Source: Eukaryota sp. GEM-RC1 (lineage: Eukaryota). Taken from it: a DNA stretch of 64,000 nt. The notes below the pieces were generated by a model that made no database searches, was not told where the DNA came from, and saw only the letters and a list, made by a program, of their open reading frames with translations. Where the stretch lies: NCBI GenBank assembly GCA_040285855.1, contig JAUFOQ010000016.1, positions 806,001 through 870,000 on the forward strand, written 5' to 3'. Position numbers and translations under genes: made by a program. The first letter of the stretch is position 1. The number at the start of each line of letters is the position of its first letter. Shown here piece after piece: positions 55,318 through 64,000 of the stretch.

Positions 55318-57001
55318 TTACATTACAAAGTTTTCGTGGATAATATCTCTCTTCTTGATGCCAATAGTAGTCAAAAATGATTTAGCTGCTTTGACCATGA
55401 CTGATGGACCGCAAACATAAACACGAGCTTTGACGTCAGTAGTAAGTTCAACATCAGAACGATTGATATATCCGACGCGAACAGAATCCTGTAAGGACTT
55501 AGGAATGGTTCTGGTGGTATCCTTGTCATCCTTGTCAATTAAAAGGCGAGGAGTAAACTGGATCAGGTTTTCCTTGGAGAGTTCGACCAACTGTTCAACG
55601 ACTTCAAACGAAGGGGAGAGTTCATCGATGTTACGAGCCCCAAGAATGAGACCAAGACTGGGGAGAACTCTTGGCTGCTCTTGGCCTCTATTGGATTCAG
55701 CTAAATCAGCTAAATAACGCAATTGGGAAATGATAGGAGCCATTCCAGCTCCTCCAGCAATAAGCGTGATATGGCGACAAGCCAACATATCAGCAGCGAA
55801 CCGTCCATAGTAACCATCCACCTTAACAAAAGTTCCAGGAATCCAGTCAGCAGCTTCTGAGCCAATACGGGCACCGGCAATGATGAGCTCATGACAAGTA
55901 TCATTGGGTTTAGAAGCCAAGGAGAAGGGGTGAGGAGTCTGTTTGAAGATGGATTGTTCAGGTCTATTAATGATAACAAAGGAGGCAGCATCGTACTTGC
56001 AAGCTTCTGCAGTGCCATCAGCAGGATCTAAGAGAACTCGAGTAATTCTTTCAGAGATTGCTTCAGTCTTTCTAACAATGAAGGTCTTTCCACGTCTTCC
56101 CTGCATCATATCCATAATTCTGTGAGCAACACAAATCCAGACTATTGCAAGATAAGCATAGTAGATAGAACGACGATCTCCGAAATAGGTAAGGGAAATG
56201 GTCAAGAGCAGCAGCTCGCTGTCCAGGAGCTGTGTGCTCTTCATTAAACCTCTCAACCACATCAGAAGATCCAGGATTTCCAACTACTCGTACATGCCAA
56301 ATGACCAATCCAATAACGAGAATAAAACCAATGTGTAGAGTTCTCCAAATACCCCAAGGAATGAAACCCTTTTGTTTTCCATTGGGACGAGACTTTTGGT
56401 TTGCAGGCAACTTGCGGAGGAAAGAAATAACAGTGAGAATGATCATCCACCAGAGAGCATGTCGACCGTAGTCTCCTCTGTTTCTTGAGAATACAATAGG
56501 AGGCCACTCATCAAATCTGTAGTTGAATTCGAAAACGTAGTATGTTAGCTCCTTAAAAGTTGAATTTTCACGAGCAGTTGATCCCAAACCGCGGAGATAA
56601 GCATGGAGGAGAGTACAAATAATGGCAAGAATGCTGCACCAGCGATGTACTATCCACATACGGTCGAGGCCTATTAATCTGTCCAGGAACTTGAAGCGGG
56701 TACCAGTAACAAACTGAAACACGATGAGGTAACCAGCAACCCAACCAATCTAATGTTAATGATGGAGAGAAGACAATACCCATGCTGAAAAAACACGCAT
56801 CCATGGCCACTTTTCTGAAGCCCTAAGGTCGAATTCATCATTAAAAGACCAGTACAACTTTTCAACTCTATAAGCATGGTAGAGGACGAGGATAACCACA
56901 ATCCAGCAGACAATAACTGCTTTTTTAGGGGCAACAAGCGTAGGAGAAATGCATGGTTTCTTAGAACTAGGAACCATCTTAACAGGTGCAAGTTCACTCA
57001 T
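55318..57001 (-). CDS. Ferric-reductase-like membrane flavoprotein (TM domain plus FAD/NAD(P)H-binding domain)
   Basis: Intron 56750-56779; TM His pairs (HRW..H, H..WH); HPFSLAS, DGYYGRF, LIAGGAGMAP, YVCGP, ENF; one unresolved frame change at about 56170-56260. Confidence 0.8.
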
Positions 57002-57185
57002 TGGACTGAGAGGATGAATGATTACCTGGGAAGCATTTTTTCAACCAGAACACAATAGGTCAAAATTACCTTGACTTAATCGATTCTTTTTGAGCGAAGA
57101 AAATTCTTGAGATATCAGTCTTTTAATTCATTATTGGCTTCAATTGAAGTTGTAGTTGCCTGTTTGGAATCTCCACTGTCCACTC

Positions 57186-57339
57186 TAGAGATGGGCAACA
57201 ACACGACTCGACTGAACTCCATCTAATCCAGTCGCACTTAACTACGCGCTACGTTCAAGTTCACTGGCCCTTAGACTCGACCCGACTACTAAAAGTGGAG
57301 TCGACTGAACAAATTATTCGAGTCGATTGCCCTTCTCTA
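57186..57339. mobile_element. hAT-like MITE
   Basis: TIR tagagatgggcaa/ttgcccttctcta; degraded 8-bp TSD gtccactc/gtctacac; internal cgact repeats. Confidence 0.7.
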
Positions 57340-59131
57340 GTCTACACGTCCTATTTGATGAGATTCAAGGGAGTCATTGCTGTAACACGGACTTCATCAC
57401 TCTTTCCCTTCTCCATGAACCGTATGTGTCACTTTAATCTTTGACCATATTTGATCTTCAACTCTTTGAGAGAATGAAACTCGTATAAATTCCCCTATTG
57501 TACATGTAATACCGCTTCAGAACATCAAATCTATGAAAAGCAGTTTACTCTTGAAAAAATAGTTCAGGTTTAAACTACAATCCTTCGTGAAACCCTCCAA
57601 ATCGATTTCCTGATGACGATCCACCTGATTGACACGAAGTCGTGTCAACATTTGAATGCCTTAAACCAAGTGCTTGAGTGCTATGTTGGTGTCAGTATTA
57701 CCTAGAATTCGTTTCTGCAATTCTTGAAAAATTCACGAATTTGGTTTAATTGTACAAAAGTTTTTAGATGAAAAGGTCAAAAATAAATATCAGAATAATA
57801 TCTGTAAAACTCTACTACGTAGTAGAGATATAATTGTTCTACATCATCAGCACCACAGTTCTTATACAACTTAGTGGCAATTGACATATTTGGGTATCGA
57901 TAGGAACAGAGAAGAATCAAACGATTGATAAACTGAATCTCACATTGAAAATCTTCAGGTTTGTTTGAAATATTTGGACCAGCATGATGGTGGGTTGTAG
58001 TACACAAACTGTTGATCTTGCTGGTTGTTACTGATAGCTTTGCTGCATGTCTGTCGTTCCTTTCTTGAAGATAATTCTTAGTCAATGTTATGTGTTTCAA
58101 TTCAATCAATTGCCGCAATCTTTGACCCTTTATATATATTGTTATTTCCAGCAAACACAGTACATAATTTTGTTTGAAGCTTTGGTTTTATAAATGTCAT
58201 AAATTGCAGAAGCTATAATTTGATATCATTAAAGCAACACCCATCACTATCAAATCGTACTACAGCTTTATTTAAAACTTTTCCTTGTAAAAGAAATCCA
58301 CTCATAAGAGATGTGATAAGAGACATACAATGTACTACTACACTCTTCACAACAATTAGTCTAAATCAGACTAATTATGAATTTCCAGTGAAACTGGCTC
58401 CCAACAATAATGACTCTGATTCAGATTAATTAATGACTGGGATTATTTGTTTGAATCAGAGTAATAAAACTGCTTTAATGATGAGATATAGCTTTATTTG
58501 CAACACTCGATTATTACATACTAATTCAGAAAATGGAAGAAACATATTCTCCACATCAACACGAGAACTGTCGTTGTACAACTGGGAATAATGGAACTTA
58601 GATACTGGATGATGCTTCTGTACAGCGCAAACACAATGCGACTAATCCACACATAACCATTAAAGACCTTGCCGTTAGAAGGACATAACGGAGTAATTAT
58701 GAATAATCATCTCAGTTACAGAGTACGCACGTGATCAGATCACGATATCGCACTGGCACTCATGCGAAGTATGTTAAATCACTCAACTGTCTTTTGGCAA
58801 TATTTGAATACAATGTCTCAGCATTGCGATTGAATACAGTATTCTAGTATTCATTTTGCTGTCGCGTTGATGCAACCTTCAGACTATAATAAAACACAAA
58901 CTAGCGGTGTACTTGTATCTCATAGCTGAACAAATTGGAACTGAAATTTTTCAAACTCATAACCATTCCTGTCATTACGACAATCGTTGTACTTAATGCA
59001 GTTAATGGGTAGCAATATTTGCAATAATGAGGTGTTTCGCTTTTATTTTTCAAGAGCGACGAATAGTGTCATAGAAGTCATTGAAAATTGAGTTCAGACG
59101 AAGGGTCTGTCTGATTATTATCACTCATTGA

Positions 59132-59735
59132 CAGGACTTGGAAAAGTGCATTGTCAATTAATTGCTCTCATTTTTTCTGCAGCAATGAATTATTGCAATT
59201 ATCACATTTACTGCAATTGATTGGACAATTAATTGGTTCATGATACATTAACCATTCTTACTTTTCATTAAAAGACCCTTCAGCATATTGTTCTTGATGT
59301 AAACAAGACTAGTTTCCCGTATATACTGTACTGTCAAAACGTAAAAAAACGGAGCTATATTCACTAAAGAATATCAAGTATAGTGACAAAAGGCTGCCTT
59401 TATGGATTTAAACCAAATAAATCGTGACTAAGCTACTAACTTTCCTTGACTAGATGTAAGTTCCACTTCTACAAAAGTCGTCAGAAATTGAGAATTAGTC
59501 GGAAAATAGTCTTCAAGCACAGAGACGTATTATTGATAGAGAAAGGAAACAATGAAGTTTTTATGTATGATGAAAAGTGATTTATGAGCTCTTGATCAGC
59601 TAAAATACAGTGTAAATTCTGTTCATTTCGTACAATTGAAACGTTTGTAATAATTGCAATAAATTGGTCTCCCATTTGTTTAAGCCAATTACTTATTGCA
59701 ATTAATTAATTGGCAATGCATTTTTCCAAGTCCTG
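59132..59735. mobile_element. hAT-type MITE
   Basis: TIR caggacttggaaaa..tgcattg/caatgcatttttccaagtcctg; 8-bp TSD ctcattga/ttcattga. Confidence 0.85.
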
Positions 59736-60716
59736 TTCATTGAGTCTATTCCAACATTAAAATCATACTTAAAAAATACAGCCACTCTCTGAATGAAAAT
59801 ACAAAAATACAAAAAAATACACTTAATACAGAAAAATACAAAATAACTCGACCTAGAACAACTTTCGCAAAAGTCATGCTGAGAATTTTGTTTATTTAAA
59901 AGTGACAATGACTAAAATATATGGGTGTCACAGAAAAATTAACATAACAAAACATCAAAAATACCCGAACAAATACCAAGTAGCCAATATTTAGTTTGTC
60001 TTCTTTTCTGAGTAGAATAGAAGACCTTTCCAACCTACTTGTTCAATCATTCCACAGGTTGAGATTCCCCGAAAACATCAAGAGGATTGGGATATTCTTC
60101 ATTAGACGGGTCTGTGACAACAATAAATTCTTCAAGAACAACGAATTACAATTCATTTTCGAATGAAACACAGTTGCATTTGGTTCTATCATTGTCATCA
60201 TCAAAAACATCTTCGTTCTCGAGAAGAAGTACAACACGAGATCTTTGATCATCCCATATGTACATACTCTTACCTCCATTGATAGTTAATTACTGAGTTT
60301 CACGGAATCAATAGTGTTTCCTGTTTTCTAAAGTTGATGTAAATTCAATGTCAGGCCTAGAGAATCCAATGTTGCGTGTGAAAGACATTTCGACCTTTTG
60401 ACTTTTCATGGACAAGATAGAACCAATTCACGTCTATTATGTTCCCAAAGAATGGCCAATAGGTAGAAATAGAGTGACTTAAACAGTACATCTTCATCCA
60501 AAGATTGCTCTGTACCGTTTTATCCATAAAAATACAGAAAATACAGTACTAATTCAGTGAAAATAAATACAAAAAATACAGTATTTATCGAGACTGAGAA
60601 AATACAGAAAACACAAGATTACAATATTACAAAACAATACAGTATTTGTATTTTCCAAGTGTGAATAAAATCGAGAATAAATGATTCTTAAGCAACAGTG
60701 TAATTGGTGTACCAAG

Positions 60717-61677
60717 TAGAGTTGCAGATCGACTCGAGTGTGAGCCTGAGTGTACTCAGATCTGTGTGAGTCGAGTCGAGTCGAGTCGAGTCGACGGCAA
60801 CTCCACACACCGCTGACCTCAATTAATGTCACTTCCAAATTAATGTCAGTGACATTAATTTAGGTTTGAGCAATTCTGGAAAATAAGTGACATTAATTTG
60901 GAACATCTCCAGTTTATGATTTCTTCAACTCTAAGTCTCCATTTTTCTTAATACTAAAGCTAGAATACAGTACAACTACAAGTAAACATTGTTGGGAATG
61001 AGAAAGACATTTGAAAATAGTTGCCCTGAAGGTCGCATCAGTATATAGTTACTCTTACATTCAACTTCGAATCGTTTTTACCTTTTCTTATGAGTTCTTC
61101 CGAATAATGACTAAGTCAATGAGCATATTGGATACACTGTGCACTGTGGAATTTTAGAGATGAGTAATAAGATAATTTTTGTGTGTTTTGGGATGGAGTA
61201 TGGTGGTCAAGATTCCTGTCAGTTGATGCTGCTGATAGGTACTGAAAGTTTAGAAGAGAAGATTTATAACAACGGCAATTCTACTAGTACATCAATAACA
61301 CGGTTTTCGACTGGTTGATATACAGATTTGATTTTATCAATTCGAATCATATCTCCTTACGATGTATATCCAGGTTCGATAATTGAACTACAGTGAACAC
61401 GAAGAACATTCAATTGTACCATGAAATCGGAAACTATAAAGAGTACTTTGATTACTGATGTTTTCATTATAAGTTGCTCGTCGACAACAGATTTGATTCA
61501 ACAAAATCTAGTGACATTATTTTGGAACTTTCTGAATTAATGTCAGTGACATTAATTTGGACACACCATAATTAATGTCACTTCCTAATTAATGTCAGTG
61601 ACATTAATTTGGGTTTGGGATTCCAAAAAGTTCGTTCGGAATTAATGTCAGTGACATTAATTAAGGTCAGCGGTGTA
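60717..61677. mobile_element. hAT-like MITE (gagtc repeats) with a nested insertion in its right TIR
   Basis: Left TIR tagagttgc; right gcaactc[insert]ta; TSD gtaccaag (60709-60716) / gtaccaac (61678-61685). Confidence 0.7.
60808..61675. mobile_element. Tc1/pogo-like non-autonomous element
   Basis: TIR caccgctgacct.aattaatgtcact / agtgacattaattaaggtcagcggtg followed by TA; repeated palindrome aattaatgtca-g-tgacattaatt near both ends. Confidence 0.8.
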
Positions 61678-62073
61678 GTACCAACATACACACAATAAAA
61701 CTGCAATTACTATAATACTATTTAACTTTATGCATTGCACTCAGATTGCACTCGCGCTCGCACTCAGTGTGCACAGACAGAGTGCGAGCAAAAAATCGTC
61801 ACACTCGGTAACTTAGATAATCAAATTTAGTCTGAACAAAATATCTTAAACGAAGAGATAACTTTGATCATCAAACAGTTGCAAAGGGCTGTAAAACACA
61901 ATTACACTCTGGAAGTGGTCGAACAAAAGTTAGTCTGATTCAGACTAATTAATGATTCAGACTAATTGTTGTCCAGAGTGTCCTGTAGGACAGTCACTGT
62001 AAATACAGTGTCTGGCACACATGTGTAGTAGACCAAATTTGCTGATCTTCCTTCTTTCCTAACATGCACCAAA

Positions 62074-62991
62074 ATGCACTCAACTGATGATCCACAGTCT
62101 ACGTCACTTGGTGATCTGTCACATCGTTTCTATACACTTTCACGTAAGTTCCCTCTTCTTTCTTCCCATTCTGCTCTTCAAGAATCCCTCATTTCTCTGT
62201 ACCAAGTCTTTCCTGAAGGAGTCGCCACTCAAACATCATCTCTGACAAACACACGTGAAACCCAAACTTCTGATGATTTTAAACCTGAGGAAGCAGTTGC
62301 TCTCGAGAAAAAGTTAAAACATGAATTCAGACTGCTGAAAAGCGTCTTGGTAACAAAAGACGCACAAATTGATGAACTCAAAACCTCCATATCATCTTTA
62401 GAAACCCAACTATCCGAACGAAAGTACTCTTCTGAAGCATCCATGGCTCAACACATACACTCAAATATCATGTCTCAACTAAAAACCGACGCCATCCTTA
62501 AATCATTGATGGATTGTATGTTAGAACAAGTTTTGTCATTGTCTATTGAATCAGATGAAGCTGTTACTCATCCCCAAAGTATACCGACGCATCCAGACCT
62601 TTCTCCTTTAGATATCTGTCACTCTAATGAGGTAGATCGCTTTGTTTCTGATTCAGACACAGAACCTCCCTCATCAGCTGTCCATCAATCTACATTCCAC
62701 ACACTTTCCCCCAATGACATTGACCCCAATTCAATCGTCGACTCCACCTCTCAACTCTCTGTCTTGGATCCAGTTTCTGAAGAACAAGATGAGTTGGCCG
62801 AGTTCTCCATTCACTCCTCTGATTTAGAAGGGATCACCGATCTATCTGAGTATGAAGATATTCCTAGTAGTGATTTAGAACTGGATTATATAACAGAAGA
62901 TGAGCTGCATGAATTGTATGATGAAGTTATTGCTGAACGTGATAAGTGGATAGATAGAAAAAAGAATGTCGATGGTGATGACGACGTTTAG
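62074..62991 (+). CDS. Hypothetical protein with coiled coil and acidic C-terminus
   Basis: 305-aa ORF with ATG; no recognisable domain. Confidence 0.55.
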   Translation: MHSTDDPQSTSLGDLSHRFYTLSRKFPLLSSHSALQESLISLYQVFPEGVATQTSSLTNTRETQTSDDFKPEEAVALEKKLKHEFRLLKSVLVTKDAQIDELKTSISSLETQLSERKYSSEASMAQHIHSNIMSQLKTDAILKSLMDCMLEQVLSLSIESDEAVTHPQSIPTHPDLSPLDICHSNEVDRFVSDSDTEPPSSAVHQSTFHTLSPNDIDPNSIVDSTSQLSVLDPVSEEQDELAEFSIHSSDLEGITDLSEYEDIPSSDLELDYITEDELHELYDEVIAERDKWIDRKKNVDGDDDV

Positions 62992-63240
62992 AGTGAACCA
63001 TATTCTTTCTTTTCGATTGTAAATATTGTAGTGTATTAAAGATTTGTATTTTTTAGTAGTTGTATAATTCAAACTCTATCTCATTACAGGATATTGACAG
63101 AGCGTCTCTTAAAGAACAACTTTGTGTTTATAAAATGAGTTGTATTCTGTTCGTTGGAAAGTATCTATGTAAAGTACCAATCATGACAAAATATTTGACA
63201 ATAAAATGTTTTCGGAGTCTATACTACTGTAGTAGTAGTA

Positions 63241-63321
63241 CAGTCAACACTGTTTATAGCGGGACTACTAGTATATGTACCTACGCTATATAGAGTTTCA
63301 CGCTATAGACAGTTTTGACTG
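63241..63321. mobile_element. 81-bp pogo/Tc1-like MITE
   Basis: ta|cagtcaacactgtttatagcg...cgctatagacagttttgactg|ta, TA TSD. Confidence 0.75.
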
Positions 63322-63527
63322 TAGCACTGTTAATAAGAGACATTTGAATGACGTACAAATTTGAAATGTTCTTGTACAACTTTTCTACAGTCCAAGAGGA
63401 TCAGTAACATTCTTAAAGTTGTTTAATCCAGAAATAACACCTTAAGTAATTATGTACGTCAATCAAAGGTAAAAAGTTCCTTCATAAGAATGAAAATATT
63501 TAAAAAAATGCTAAAAACTAAGATATG

Positions 63528-64000
63528 TTATTGTTCGGATCTTTTCTTCTTCTTCTTTGGCTCCTGTTTCTTCTTCATCTTGTTAACCAGCTCATCCACA
63601 TCTACAGCAGCACTCCCTTTCCTTTCCCCATAATCCTTCTCTTTTCCTCAGGAGCAACAAACTCCAGTTCCCGCGCTTTCCTCTTCCTATCAATCTTCTC
63701 AGCACGATCCTTGGACTCCTTCATTATTCTGTTCTCTTCCCTCTCTTCCTCAGTAAAGAAGTACTCCCCACTTTCCATCTCCATGTCAACCTTACGTGGA
63801 GTTATCTCTGGTGGGAAAGGGGTATAGTCCTTCTCTTTCTTTGCTGCAATCTTTCTACTGATCTTCTTTCTCTGAACATTTCTTTTCTTAAACTTTGGTA
63901 AAAACCGATCCCATGATTCTTCCTTTAAATCAGGATTCTTCATCAACTCTCTTTTAATCATGAGTTCCTTAATGTTATAGACTGGATGGATGTTCTTCAT
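63528..64000 (-). CDS. KRR1: KRR1 small-subunit processome component, 3' part
   Basis: [19 protein letters not shown]...[13 protein letters not shown]...YTPFPP...SGEYF; one added A at 63642-63645 extends it through [12 protein letters not shown] to a stop at 63528-63530. Confidence 0.92.

Noticed and set aside
57400..58900. ORF 57777..58154 and nearby fragments
   Set aside because: No recognisable domain; possibly decayed sequence, not supportable as a gene.

Overview
Eukaryotic DNA from a flagellated protist with very short GT-AG introns (26-30 nt); the taxon cannot be determined from the sequence. Housekeeping and signalling genes include an axonemal dynein heavy chain, SPO11, an SRF-type MADS-box factor, two tandem hybrid histidine kinases, an atypical eIF4E, cpn10, KRR1 and tRNA-Met. 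There is a ~4.1 kb inverted duplication carrying Myb, serine beta-lactamase-like and secreted-protein genes. hAT and Tc1/pogo-like MITEs and RLE-type non-LTR retroelements are frequent. The standout locus is 2469-8735 (minus strand). Seven overlapping ORF pieces, each joined at a homopolymer run, reconstruct to one ~2,090-aa polyprotein: repeat leader, 2A ribosome-skip motif (DLTADGDIESNPG|P), active SENP8/Ulp1-like protease, catalytically dead protease copy, PolB 3'-5' exonuclease-like domain, Fanzor1-like (TnpB-derived) nuclease with intact RuvC D/E/D, and two CCHC zinc knuckles. It is followed by a hairpin-rich ~260-nt candidate omega-RNA. Domain calls are by motif recognition only; no searches were run.
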